From: a virus
Lineage: Duplodnaviria > Caudoviricetes
Virus record (IMG/VR): IMGVR_UViG_3300020034_000024
Span: 1 to 51,656 of that record
Reading direction: 5' to 3' (one strand)
Length of the DNA stretch: 51,656 nt
This document shows, in pieces, positions 27,123-36,862 of the stretch. How positions within the stretch are numbered: the stretch's first letter is position 1; each line of letters starts with the position of its first letter. The translations under genes and the position numbers were made by a program. Below the pieces are notes generated by a model. That model had not been told where the DNA came from. It saw only the letters and a program-made list of their open reading frames with translations, and searched no databases.

Positions 27123-28073
27123 TTGTCTTGCCAATATAATTTCATCGCGATTGATCACAACTACCATTCGAGGTCCGGGCTTTTTGCTTCGGACCTCCCT
27201 GGGGTTGAGAGTTTACTTTATGAACTAATTTCGAAGGATTCGGAAACAGATTCAGAGGTTTGGGAAAGAATTTATTCAAACGCTTGGAATAATCTAGTTT
27301 CTGATGTTGACTTTGCTTTACAGGAAAAGTTTTTTGTAAATACTAAACTTATTTCACGTGAAACATCAACATTCTTGTCTGATGTTAATTCAAATACTGG
27401 ATTGGCTGGCGTGCGGATTCAATTCCAATTGCCTAGATACGCACGTTTACATGTGGTATCTGTCGATGTAATCGCAGAACAAGGATACGCAAGCCCAGGA
27501 ATAGCGTTGAAGTTTTACGAAGATGATGAAAATGGAGACCTATTATACGAAACTACAGACCAAGAAATCAGTCAAGCGGGGAAAGAAACTATTTTCGTTG
27601 ACAAAGATTTCGAAGTAGATAAACTCTTCATCGGTTACGATCCTGCTTTATTTCAACTAAGACAATCAGAAAACAAAAGCTACGCTGGATTTATCACTAA
27701 ACCGTTTGCCTTTGAATGCATGTTTCCATGTTTTGGTGGCGTTGCTTCAGTAAGTCAAATAAATGGTGGTGGTTTGAATGTAGTTTTCAATGTTTACTGT
27801 TCGGCTGAAAAATTCGTATGTGAGAATATCAATCTTTTCAAAAAGACTTTCTGGTATAAGATCGGACAGGAACTTGTAATAGAGCGTAGATACGGGAACC
27901 GGTTGAATCAGTTCACTACGATGATTCAGGAACGCGCTGAAGAGCTTACAAGCTTCTATCAGGCGAACTACTCACAATCTTTAGAGAACTCTATAAAGGC
28001 GCACAATGTAAACGAAGATCCTTATTGTTTCCAATGTAAAGGAACTGTAAATGTAAAAACTAACTTACCTTAA
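27123..28073 (+). CDS. head-tail adaptor-like protein
   Basis: Follows the capsid gene; TTG start; SGLFASDLPG and C-terminal DPYCFQC. Confidence 0.6.
   Translation: MSCQYNFIAIDHNYHSRSGLFASDLPGVESLLYELISKDSETDSEVWERIYSNAWNNLVSDVDFALQEKFFVNTKLISRETSTFLSDVNSNTGLAGVRIQFQLPRYARLHVVSVDVIAEQGYASPGIALKFYEDDENGDLLYETTDQEISQAGKETIFVDKDFEVDKLFIGYDPALFQLRQSENKSYAGFITKPFAFECMFPCFGGVASVSQINGGGLNVVFNVYCSAEKFVCENINLFKKTFWYKIGQELVIERRYGNRLNQFTTMIQERAEELTSFYQANYSQSLENSIKAHNVNEDPYCFQCKGTVNVKTNLP
27170..27197 (+). terminator. stem-loop just downstream of the capsid gene, inside the next CDS
   Basis: GAGGTCCG...CGGACCTC perfect 8-bp stem. Confidence 0.4.
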
Positions 28074-28074
28074 T

Positions 28075-28128
28075 ATGGCATGTAGTTGCGGGAGTAAAGG
28101 CGGTAAAAAGAAAAGACGTGGCAAATGA
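28075..28128 (+). CDS. 17-aa micropeptide MACSCGSKGGKKKRRGK
   Basis: Fills the gap between two structural genes, starting just after the previous stop. Confidence 0.5.
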   Translation: MACSCGSKGGKKKRRGK

Positions 28129-28600
28129 GCTTATCGGTACTATTGATAAATTAAACAGTGCAATCCGGTCCGAAAGGGTAATGCGTATTGCGCTCAGTTC
28201 TGTATTGGCTATTCACAAGCCCAGAATTTTCGAAAAAGGTTTAGACGGTTCTGATTCTAAAATAGGAACATATTCTACTAAGCCGATTTCAATAGCAAAA
28301 AAGAATCAAGCACGAAATACCGGTAAGACTTATTTCAAGACCGGTTACGCTGAGTACAAAAAAGACATTGGTAAGAATCCAGGTTATGTTAATTTAAGGA
28401 ACACCGATCAAATGAGTATGGATTACGGCCTTGTAATCAATGGCAATTCATATGGGTTTGGATTTCATAACAAATTTAATTACGACAAGAGTCAATGGAT
28501 GGAAGCAAAGTACGAGAAATCAATTTTTGATAACGACAATCAGGAATTAGATGTACTGGCAAATGTTTTGGTTTATGAATTAATTAAATCATTGTCATGA
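28118..28600 (+). CDS. neck/tail-completion protein
   Basis: RIF..G.D...IG.YS..Y..YK...G....VNLR.T motif pattern. Confidence 0.65.
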   Translation: MANELIGTIDKLNSAIRSERVMRIALSSVLAIHKPRIFEKGLDGSDSKIGTYSTKPISIAKKNQARNTGKTYFKTGYAEYKKDIGKNPGYVNLRNTDQMSMDYGLVINGNSYGFGFHNKFNYDKSQWMEAKYEKSIFDNDNQELDVLANVLVYELIKSLS

Positions 28601-29139
28601 CCGAAATAATCACAGATCTTGATACATGGACTGAAAGTTTTTTACCAAACTTAAATAAAAAGTTATGGGGGTTCTGTGAGCTTGCACATCGTACTGTGGC
28701 GAATGCTGATCAGCCTACGGTAATGACAATTAACGGAACTACTGATCGGCAAAACGTTACATTAGACGATCGTTATGAATTTATCACATGGTTCAGGATA
28801 GATCGCCCAACTGATTTTGTAGACAATGATGAATGGAGTTTCGGATTTAAAGAAGCAAGATTTCAAAGTCAAACATTCAGGTGGGTTATAGCGCATCGTG
28901 TTGAACTAGGAGAGAATATAATTTACAACATAGTAAATTCACTTCCTGAAAGTTTTGTAATCCCAGGTTATAAATTTGTTTTTACAAGCCCGTCAGGAAA
29001 TATTGATCATGATCATGAAAGCATCTACCGAACTGAGTTAGGAAATACTGTCTATGAAAAGCACCGGTTCTCGTGGAATTTATATGTCATCAACTTGAGT
29101 GTTGAATTTATAGTTTGTGAACCTTTAACGAGTCCATAA
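28597..29139 (+). CDS. tail terminator-like structural protein
   Basis: Position after the neck protein; size. Confidence 0.5.
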   Translation: MTEIITDLDTWTESFLPNLNKKLWGFCELAHRTVANADQPTVMTINGTTDRQNVTLDDRYEFITWFRIDRPTDFVDNDEWSFGFKEARFQSQTFRWVIAHRVELGENIIYNIVNSLPESFVIPGYKFVFTSPSGNIDHDHESIYRTELGNTVYEKHRFSWNLYVINLSVEFIVCEPLTSP

Positions 29140-29471
29140 TGTCACAAAAATTTACACAACTATCAACAGGTACAACTCCAGACGGAACTGAAATAATGGC
29201 CGTTGTTCAAGGTGGTGCAAGTAAAAGACTTACCCTGCAACAGGTTATTAGTGCTCTTGTTCCCACAATTTCAAACTGGGATATGAGCACAGACGCTTTT
29301 CCCTCAAATTCAAAATCAGGACAAGAATATTATGGAATAAATGGGCCTACTGCAACACTTTTAGACCGAACAGGAAGCCCAATATCAGACGGTGTACTTT
29401 TGAAATCCCTACAAGCAAACGCCTCTACTTCTGATCCAACGCAATGGGCAATAACCTACACTATAATTTAA
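29139..29471 (+). CDS. small fibre-adaptor-like structural protein
   Basis: N-terminus MSQKFTQL...GTE.MAVVQGG.SKR resembles fibre N-terminal domains. Confidence 0.55.
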   Translation: MSQKFTQLSTGTTPDGTEIMAVVQGGASKRLTLQQVISALVPTISNWDMSTDAFPSNSKSGQEYYGINGPTATLLDRTGSPISDGVLLKSLQANASTSDPTQWAITYTII

Positions 29472-29475
29472 ATTT

Positions 29476-29871
29476 ATGACAACAGAATTATATTTAAAAT
29501 GCTTCGTTGCTTGTTTAATAGGCAACATTATGCATGTTCTTTTTAAAATAAGATCAATGTACAAAGACCATGACGGAACAAATTTAGAGTTCTCTACATG
29601 GAAATATTTGAAGGAGGACAAATGGGCATTAATTACAGATGTATTCGCATCCTTTGCGTTGGTTTATTTAGTTGATGAGTTATTAAGCCTAGACGAGAGA
29701 TTGCTTGGTAAAATAAAAATAATATTCGTTTTTGTTGGATTCACTGGAAGTTATGTAATACTTCAGCTTATGAGTGTTGCTAAAAAGAATTTCAGGCAAG
29801 CGGCTGGATACAAGGCGAAAGAATTTGACAAATCCACAGGCAACGAGAACAAACCAACACCAACAAAATGA
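29476..29871 (+). CDS. membrane protein, holin-like
   Basis: Three hydrophobic segments and a charged C-terminus. Confidence 0.5.
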   Translation: MTTELYLKCFVACLIGNIMHVLFKIRSMYKDHDGTNLEFSTWKYLKEDKWALITDVFASFALVYLVDELLSLDERLLGKIKIIFVFVGFTGSYVILQLMSVAKKNFRQAAGYKAKEFDKSTGNENKPTPTK

Positions 29872-32435
29872 AAAGGATATTAATATTACTACTCACTATT
29901 TGCTCTATTGCTTCTTACGGGCAGACTTTAATCGATCCAAGCGCAAGCCCAACTACGGCCAGGATAAACTCTGCTATCAGTGAGGCGTTACCCACCACAG
30001 GAACCGACACGTATAGCGTATCGCCCGTTGGTTCATTCTCCTACACTTGGTTAACCGGTAAAGCTGTTTCGATAACAATACCAAGTTCAGACGTAAACAC
30101 AGGATCTAGTACTTTAAACTTTGACGGCCTAGGAGCAAAGAATATTCAAAAATGGTCTTCAGGTTCTTTAGTTGATGTAGTATCAGGTGACATTATAGGA
30201 ACGGTCCGTTTACGTTACGATGGGACTCAATTCGTTATGGAAGGGGGAACAGGTGGAGGAGGTTCACAATCTTTGCAAGATGTCATTACAGTAAGCCCGG
30301 CAATTACTTCAGATATTAATATTACAAATTCAACTGGCAAAAAATGGCAATTTAGTTTAGATGATGGAGCCGGTAATTTTAGTAATGTGGTAATTGATCC
30401 AATCAATGGAAATGAGAACTATATTCAAACAGGAAATGCAAACAATGCTTCAAATGTTGGCATATTACCAGACCAAGCAGTTTTACTAAGTTCTGATCTA
30501 ACAAATACATACGGAGACGCAACGGTAAAAGTATCTACATCAGGCCAGAATATAGTTGAAATAACAGCTACAAATTTTGGAAGTACTGAGCAGGGTAAGG
30601 TTTTAACAACTCCTTTAACTTCTGCTTTAATTTCCGGAACAGCAGGAACTTCTAAAGTTGAGCTTACAAAGACGACTTTAGAGATTGCACCTAATGGTAA
30701 CAACGGGTCTAACGGCCAGATATTACAATCAGATGGCCAGTTCGCAACATGGCAAACAATATCCACAGGAAGCGGAACAGTTACAAGCGTATCGGTAACA
30801 ACTGCTAATGGTGTTTCAGGATCAGTTGCTACAGCCACCACTACACCCGCCATAAGCTTAACATTAGGGGCGATAACTCCAACAAGCGTAAACAGTGTTG
30901 TTCTTTCAGGATCGTCTACACCTACATTGGCAGTGACTGGAACTAGTACTATTTCAGGAACGCATTCGGGGACTTCAAGCGGAACGAATACAGGTGATCA
31001 GACTACAGTTACAGGAAACGCAGGAACTGCTACAGTATTGCAAACATCGCGCACAATAGGAACCGTAACAGGGGATGCCACAAGTGCCGGAAGCTCTTTC
31101 AATGGGTCTGCTAATAATACCAATGCTTTAACGCTTGCCACGGTAAACTCAAACGTAGGATCATTCGGATCAGCTACTCAAGTAGGAGGTTTTACAGTCA
31201 ACGCAAAAGGACTTATTACAGCGGCTTCTAATACTACAATAACACCCGCTGTAGGATCGATTACAGGATTAGGAACCGGTGTAGGGACATGGCTAGCTAC
31301 CCCATCCTATACTAATTTTCTTTCTGCAATTACTGGCACTTCGCCTTACTGGCTTTCTGCAAGTGGAACCACTATGACAGGAGCAAATACAATAACCGGA
31401 ACCACTACTAATACGCTTAAATTAAAATTTGATGCAATGGGTACAGGCATCACAGATGGCGCGGGGGTATGGTTAGAAAATAGCACAGCGGGAGCATTGG
31501 GGGCACCTCAAAATTCTCCTTCGGTTGTGCTTGATTCATATGTGTGGGGAACTACTTTAGGAACTTCGCAGCGAAGCAGATGGAGAATATTTGGGCTTCC
31601 AACACAAGCCGCTACACCAGTAGGGATTATAAAATTTTATCACTCATTGGCAGGTGCAGCGGATCAGGAAATATTAGGTATTCAAGCAAATGGCCAATAT
31701 GTATTCGGGGCATCATTAACTCAGGCTACCTTGATTTTAAAAAACACAAACTCTCAAATCTCATCTACAGGTGTTGGTAATATTAATTTCATAACCAATC
31801 TCGGAACAACAGGATATGCATTAACCCATGCACCGGCCGGTCCAGTTTCATCTACGACAGGTGAAAACGGAGCTTTAGGGTTACCGTCTGGTGGCTTCAC
31901 ACCAGCATCTGGGTCAGCATCTTACAATCACCTTACAGCATCCGGTACAATAAACATGACTGGATCTTCATCAGGAACGGTTCGTGGATTTTGGTATAAA
32001 CCAGTGTATACAGCAGCGCGGGGTGATGTGTATGGGTTGCTTTACGATCCTACGGAGACTTCAATATTAGGAAATAACTACAGTTTTATTTCAACATCCC
32101 AAGCCGCGAGGGGTGGGGTTGGAAGCGCTACGCCTAATTCAACATGGCAAGTAACTGGGTCTTTTGCGGCTGGATATGTCGCTAAAACAGCCAACTACAC
32201 ACTTACAGGAACAGACTATTTAGTAAACTGTACAGCTAACAGTTTTACTATTACATTACCTACAGCAGTTGGAATCAAGGGTAGACAATATATAATTAAG
32301 AACACCGGAACCGCTACTGTCATTACGGTTGCCACGACATCATCTCAAACGGTTGACGGAGCTGTTCCGGCAACTCTTACAAGCATGACGCCCATGAGAT
32401 TAATGAGTGATGATGCAAATTGGATAACTTGGTAA
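29868..32435 (+). CDS. tail fibre-like protein with N-terminal signal peptide
   Basis: Thr/Gly/Ser-rich, GTVTSVSV, TVNAKGLITAAS, C-terminal TITLPTAVGIKGRQYIIKN domain; leader MKRILILLLTICSIASYG-Q. Confidence 0.75.
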   Translation: MKRILILLLTICSIASYGQTLIDPSASPTTARINSAISEALPTTGTDTYSVSPVGSFSYTWLTGKAVSITIPSSDVNTGSSTLNFDGLGAKNIQKWSSGSLVDVVSGDIIGTVRLRYDGTQFVMEGGTGGGGSQSLQDVITVSPAITSDINITNSTGKKWQFSLDDGAGNFSNVVIDPINGNENYIQTGNANNASNVGILPDQAVLLSSDLTNTYGDATVKVSTSGQNIVEITATNFGSTEQGKVLTTPLTSALISGTAGTSKVELTKTTLEIAPNGNNGSNGQILQSDGQFATWQTISTGSGTVTSVSVTTANGVSGSVATATTTPAISLTLGAITPTSVNSVVLSGSSTPTLAVTGTSTISGTHSGTSSGTNTGDQTTVTGNAGTATVLQTSRTIGTVTGDATSAGSSFNGSANNTNALTLATVNSNVGSFGSATQVGGFTVNAKGLITAASNTTITPAVGSITGLGTGVGTWLATPSYTNFLSAITGTSPYWLSASGTTMTGANTITGTTTNTLKLKFDAMGTGITDGAGVWLENSTAGALGAPQNSPSVVLDSYVWGTTLGTSQRSRWRIFGLPTQAATPVGIIKFYHSLAGAADQEILGIQANGQYVFGASLTQATLILKNTNSQISSTGVGNINFITNLGTTGYALTHAPAGPVSSTTGENGALGLPSGGFTPASGSASYNHLTASGTINMTGSSSGTVRGFWYKPVYTAARGDVYGLLYDPTETSILGNNYSFISTSQAARGGVGSATPNSTWQVTGSFAAGYVAKTANYTLTGTDYLVNCTANSFTITLPTAVGIKGRQYIIKNTGTATVITVATTSSQTVDGAVPATLTSMTPMRLMSDDANWITW

Positions 32436-32448
32436 CAAAATTTATTAT

Positions 32449-34431
32449 ATGAAAATTAAACTATTAATCTTATCACTCGTTTTCGTTGCCTGTTCTGAGG
32501 CGCAAATTTTACCCACGTGTCACTTCGATGCAACTATCGGAAATACAACTTTTACAATGACTGATATCCCTGGTGAAAATCTTGCATACCCGTTATTTAT
32601 TACTTGGGACGTTCCTCAAGGAAAAGACCTACCACTATTAGTTTTCATTCATGCATGGAACAGTGGAGCTGGAATAGATTTTGACACAGCCGCAATTCGT
32701 TATTTACACAATCAAGGTATAGCAGTTTTAGCAATTGGGATGCGCGGTAGAAATACTGGATTAAACGGAGTTAACGATATTGCCACCATGGAAACTTTAC
32801 GCGATGCTGGAGGTTTAGAAACTTATGACGCTTATAAATCAATTCAATACTTTATCAATAGCATTGTAGGGGATGGGCACATCGATAAAACCAAAATCAG
32901 TGTATATGCCATAAGCGGAGGCGGCAGCTCGGCTGCAGGACTTGCGAATAAATTCCCCGGACTAACATCTACTCAAATCATTTGGTATGGTGTTACAAAA
33001 ATGGGTTCATACGCAAGCGATCCAAATCCTACCGTCACAGGATGGTATACTGACAATTCATTTTACTACGGTAAAATTCAAGGTGCCGTTGGTGGAGTAG
33101 GTAAAGGAGGCCCTGGGTACATAGCAGGGGAGACGGATGAATACTATGCATCAAGAGATAACCACACAGGCGTAGGTAATTCTACTAATACAAAATTCCA
33201 TCTTTACCATGATTCTGGAGATTTAACTGTATTCGATGATTTGTCAGATGCTTTAAGCGCAAAGCTTGCAAGTAACGGTCAGGCTTATGAATATCACCAT
33301 TCAACAGATGGAAGTTTTGGGCATGATAAAGCTGATCTACTCACAGGTAAATTTAAGATATCACCTCAGTTCGGTTTGGATTGGGTTAGCGATGTAAAGA
33401 CGATAAACAGAAGCGAGATTCCTAACTCTGGAACGCTTCGAGTAAACGGGTATTTAATCCCTGTAGATTACGCAATGAATCCTAAGTTTGAATACTGGAT
33501 TAAATTGAACAGAAAAAACAATCCAGCCGTACCAGCCTCCCAATCTCGAGCAAATCAAGGTAAGGAAGGGTCTGCCATGGTAACGTACAATCTCGCAAAT
33601 AACACTTTCAAAACGTATCTAATAAAGGGCAATTCAACGGTAGGTAATCAATTTCATTATGTTGACATAAAGAAAGGTAGTGATAACGTTATCGCGTTAC
33701 TTGCCACAACAGATACGGTAACTTTAAAACCTACTCAATGGGATCTCAAACCTGAAAACATAACAGCTAACTGGAGAGCCTATTTAGACTTTTCAAATCC
33801 TGATTATTATCTGAATGATGAGACAGGGAAGGTTTCTAACGCATTCGATTTGACAGGCAATAAGAATATAGCTTTCCAGCAAGTTAAAACAGCCAGGCAG
33901 TCAGTAACGGGAAGCTACATTACAAATCCGGTAATGTTTTTTGCGGCTCCATCTGGCCCGCTAGCTTATCCAAATGAAAGCTTTTCTACAACAGGTGAGT
34001 TTACATTTATTATTTCTTTTGATCCTGATCAGACATCAATAACCTCATATAGTGAAATAATTGCTGGCGCTAATCCAGCATCAATACAGTTTACAAACTG
34101 GTCAGGTAGAATTATTCCAAATGTAGTTTTTGCAAATAGTACATACGCATCTGACTACACTAAAAACAATGCAGACCTAGGAAAACAGGTTTGGGCTTTC
34201 AGAAGAGATGCGGCTGGATTAGTTACCGCAAAGTGCTTGAACTCAACCGCATCTCTTTCTTATTCCATGGGAGTTAACACAGCTAGTTTTGATTTGAAAT
34301 CAATCGGTAGTAATAACAATGTCAAAAAATTCACTGGCAAGATTTATAAAACTGCTTACGCTAAATCAGCATTGAGTGACGCTGATATAACCACGATTTT
34401 AACGGCTTGGTATAACGGAGGCTCATTATAA
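32449..34431 (+). CDS. alpha/beta hydrolase with C-terminal LamG-like domain and export signal
   Basis: PLLVFIHAW, MRGR, AISGGG nucleophile elbow, DSGDLTV, GH; leader MKIKLLILSLVFVAC. Confidence 0.65.
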   Translation: MKIKLLILSLVFVACSEAQILPTCHFDATIGNTTFTMTDIPGENLAYPLFITWDVPQGKDLPLLVFIHAWNSGAGIDFDTAAIRYLHNQGIAVLAIGMRGRNTGLNGVNDIATMETLRDAGGLETYDAYKSIQYFINSIVGDGHIDKTKISVYAISGGGSSAAGLANKFPGLTSTQIIWYGVTKMGSYASDPNPTVTGWYTDNSFYYGKIQGAVGGVGKGGPGYIAGETDEYYASRDNHTGVGNSTNTKFHLYHDSGDLTVFDDLSDALSAKLASNGQAYEYHHSTDGSFGHDKADLLTGKFKISPQFGLDWVSDVKTINRSEIPNSGTLRVNGYLIPVDYAMNPKFEYWIKLNRKNNPAVPASQSRANQGKEGSAMVTYNLANNTFKTYLIKGNSTVGNQFHYVDIKKGSDNVIALLATTDTVTLKPTQWDLKPENITANWRAYLDFSNPDYYLNDETGKVSNAFDLTGNKNIAFQQVKTARQSVTGSYITNPVMFFAAPSGPLAYPNESFSTTGEFTFIISFDPDQTSITSYSEIIAGANPASIQFTNWSGRIIPNVVFANSTYASDYTKNNADLGKQVWAFRRDAAGLVTAKCLNSTASLSYSMGVNTASFDLKSIGSNNNVKKFTGKIYKTAYAKSALSDADITTILTAWYNGGSL

Positions 34432-34460
34432 ATTTTATGAAATCAATATCAGATAAAATA

Positions 34461-35279
34461 ATGAAAAAACTAATCTTTCTACTACTACTTATTCCATGCT
34501 TTGTTAATGCTCAAAAGCTCATACAGCCGAAAGGTGTGATGTGGTTTTGGGAATACACAGACCCAAGTTGTAAGGTATGCCCTGTGCTTATCTTCTTACC
34601 TGGAAGTGGTGAAAGGTCAGATACACCAAATTTTAGTAAGATACAACGCAACGGGACACCGAAACTTTTAAAATCGGCCGGACTTAATTACTTGGAAGGA
34701 TTTACGTTACTGGTTCCTCAACAGATAACAAGTAAAAGCGGGTATGTTGGTGATCCTAAAAACCCGGACATTATAAAGTTTCTTACTTACATACATGAGA
34801 ATTATTTAACAGAACAGGTTTTTGTAACCGGGTTATCAATGGGGGCTGATGGAAGCTGGGACGCAAGCTATCGCGGAGGTTTAGCAATGGTGAAAGCAAT
34901 CGTTCCTGTAAGTGGAAAGGGTGACTACAACGGGGCAAAAATAACCCAACAAAGAGGTATTAAGGCGTGGGGCATACATGGCAGTGCTGACACTGGTGTA
35001 CCTGCAAGCGATGGCAAGCGCCCAATAAACGGGATGATATCAATAGGAGGCACACCTAAATGGACAATAATTAACGGAGGCGGGCATAATTCAGAAACGT
35101 GGGATGTTGCTTTTAGTTTAACCGATCGCGCTGAATTAGGAGGCACAACTATTTACAAGTGGTTGCTTAGTCTTGTTACAAAACCACCTGAAGAAATACC
35201 TGGTATTTATTTAGATGGACAGTTTTGCGGGGTTGATAGTTGTCGAGTAGATGGGCATTTAATCATGATTAAAAAGTAA
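34461..35279 (+). CDS. secreted esterase/peptidase (alpha/beta hydrolase)
   Basis: LIFLPGSGER, VTGLSMGA, HGSADTGV, GGHNSETW; leader MKKLIFLLLLIPCFVNA-Q from ATG 34461. Confidence 0.8.
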   Translation: MKKLIFLLLLIPCFVNAQKLIQPKGVMWFWEYTDPSCKVCPVLIFLPGSGERSDTPNFSKIQRNGTPKLLKSAGLNYLEGFTLLVPQQITSKSGYVGDPKNPDIIKFLTYIHENYLTEQVFVTGLSMGADGSWDASYRGGLAMVKAIVPVSGKGDYNGAKITQQRGIKAWGIHGSADTGVPASDGKRPINGMISIGGTPKWTIINGGGHNSETWDVAFSLTDRAELGGTTIYKWLLSLVTKPPEEIPGIYLDGQFCGVDSCRVDGHLIMIKK

Positions 35280-35287
35280 ATTACGCC

Positions 35288-35569
35288 ATGACAGAATCGC
35301 AATTCATAATTATTCTAACATCAATATTAAGTTTAGTAATGAGTAGTCTTTGCATAGTTCTTTGGGCAATGTTTAGAGATAATCAGAAAAAACTAAGCGA
35401 GATTGTTTTGGTTGTAAATGACCATTCAACAGAGCTTGCAGTTGCCAAAGAGCAAATTGAAAATAACAGGGCTAAGATTGAAAGGCACGACCGATTAATA
35501 TCGAATGAATTTCAAAATGAACTGGCCGATAAAATCTCAGTGAAACTGGCTATAATGAAATCGTTATGA
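35288..35569 (+). CDS. holin-like protein (one TM segment plus coiled coil)
   Basis: N-terminal TM segment; directly before the lysin candidate. Confidence 0.5.
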   Translation: MTESQFIIILTSILSLVMSSLCIVLWAMFRDNQKKLSEIVLVVNDHSTELAVAKEQIENNRAKIERHDRLISNEFQNELADKISVKLAIMKSL

Positions 35570-35991
35570 AACGCTACAGAATTGAAAGGGTATACTTACC
35601 TACTCAAACTTTGGGAAGTTGGTATGATGGCGAGGAGGTGATAGCCAAAACTATGGAACTGCCATGGAGAGAAAACCAAAGATCGCCCGATTCTAGTAAA
35701 GCAAGCTGCATCCCTGAAAAGATTTATCTGGTAAAAAAACAACCTCCAAAACCTACAAGGCAATACGGACATTTCAGATTAATGAACACCGCTCCACGTC
35801 AAGGCATTTTAGTACATAGGATTACAAATGTAGAGGGGTTGCTCGGATGCATCGGGGTTTTTACAAGATTCGGAAACATTGATAAAGACAGCGATTACGA
35901 GGCTTTGGAGTCGAGTAAAAAATTAGAATGGATGTATTTGAATTTACCCGATTCTTTCGAACTTGAGATAATTAAAAAGCCTTCTTTATGA
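35566..35991 (+). CDS. DUF5675-family protein, endolysin candidate
   Basis: TLG..TMELPW..N...SCIP...Y, R.GILVH..N...GCI. Confidence 0.75.
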   Translation: MKRYRIERVYLPTQTLGSWYDGEEVIAKTMELPWRENQRSPDSSKASCIPEKIYLVKKQPPKPTRQYGHFRLMNTAPRQGILVHRITNVEGLLGCIGVFTRFGNIDKDSDYEALESSKKLEWMYLNLPDSFELEIIKKPSL

Positions 35992-36155
35992 ACTACTTCC
36001 AAAAGCACTACGGCACTGGCATAATGCCAATTTTAGCAGTACTTTTTATCATTGGGTTTAGCGTTGCCTTTTCAATATCATTTGAATGGTGGGTAGGTAT
36101 TGCGACATTTGCCGGATTCGCTTTTCTGTTTTGGACTCAAAGGAATACGAAATGA
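35988..36155 (+). CDS. small two-TM membrane protein (55 aa), holin/antiholin candidate
   Basis: MNYFQKHYGTGIMPILAVLFIIGFSVAFSISFEWWVGIATFAGFAFLFWTQRNTK; ATGA-coupled at both ends. Confidence 0.6.
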   Translation: MNYFQKHYGTGIMPILAVLFIIGFSVAFSISFEWWVGIATFAGFAFLFWTQRNTK

Positions 36156-36481
36156 TAAAGTACGTGGTTTATTGGATCTTGACTTACACCGTTCAAACTG
36201 TTTGCCCTCAACAGTATAAACAAGATGATTTTGGCCGTGTTGGATCATCGAACTACACTACCACTCAATTATGCTGGAGAACAGAAAAAGAAAACCACTC
36301 TAAAGTTTTTCATAATTCCGATTCCGCCTATTCATTTTACAAAAAAGCTTTAGCAGAATCTAAAAAATACACACTAAATAAGTACTACACATCATTTGAT
36401 GAATCAACTTTTAAAATAGATACTATAAAATCAGATGTTTCTAAAGTTAGGATTGAGTTAACAAAAGAAATTAACCCATGA
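36152..36481 (+). CDS. hypothetical protein
   Basis: ATG 36152 overlaps the previous stop. Confidence 0.55.
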   Translation: MIKYVVYWILTYTVQTVCPQQYKQDDFGRVGSSNYTTTQLCWRTEKENHSKVFHNSDSAYSFYKKALAESKKYTLNKYYTSFDESTFKIDTIKSDVSKVRIELTKEINP

Positions 36482-36852
36482 AAGAACTAATAGCAGTATC
36501 ATTTCTTTTCATACCGCTCATTTACGAGCTTATAGACGACCATCTTAAAGAAACTAATCACAAGATGGACGTATGGATTCGTGCCGGTTTAATGATCGTG
36601 TGCGCGGTAGGTCCGTGGTTATATGGGCATTCTTACTGGGGATCCGTAGCACTTTCTTTCGGGATATTCTTTCTTCTGTTTGATTACTTGATCAATATTA
36701 TAATGCTCCGTAGGCGTGATTTCTTTAGCTTCTTAGGGACGACAGCCGAAACCGACAAGGTGAAGTGGTGGCACAATATGAAGCCGGTAAATAGGTTCTT
36801 AATAAGATTTGGGGTCTTTGCAATTGCACTGGCGGGATACATATTTGCGTAG
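36478..36852 (+). CDS. multi-pass membrane protein
   Basis: Four hydrophobic segments; FDYLIN..FLG.TAETD. Confidence 0.65.
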   Translation: MKELIAVSFLFIPLIYELIDDHLKETNHKMDVWIRAGLMIVCAVGPWLYGHSYWGSVALSFGIFFLLFDYLINIIMLRRRDFFSFLGTTAETDKVKWWHNMKPVNRFLIRFGVFAIALAGYIFA

Positions 36853-36862
36853 TGATAAATAA

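Noticed and set aside
30425-30853. Antisense and nested ORFs in the track (for example 30425, 16769, 45873, 41234, 11500)
   Set aside because: Shadow frames of well-supported genes, with no motifs or leaders of their own
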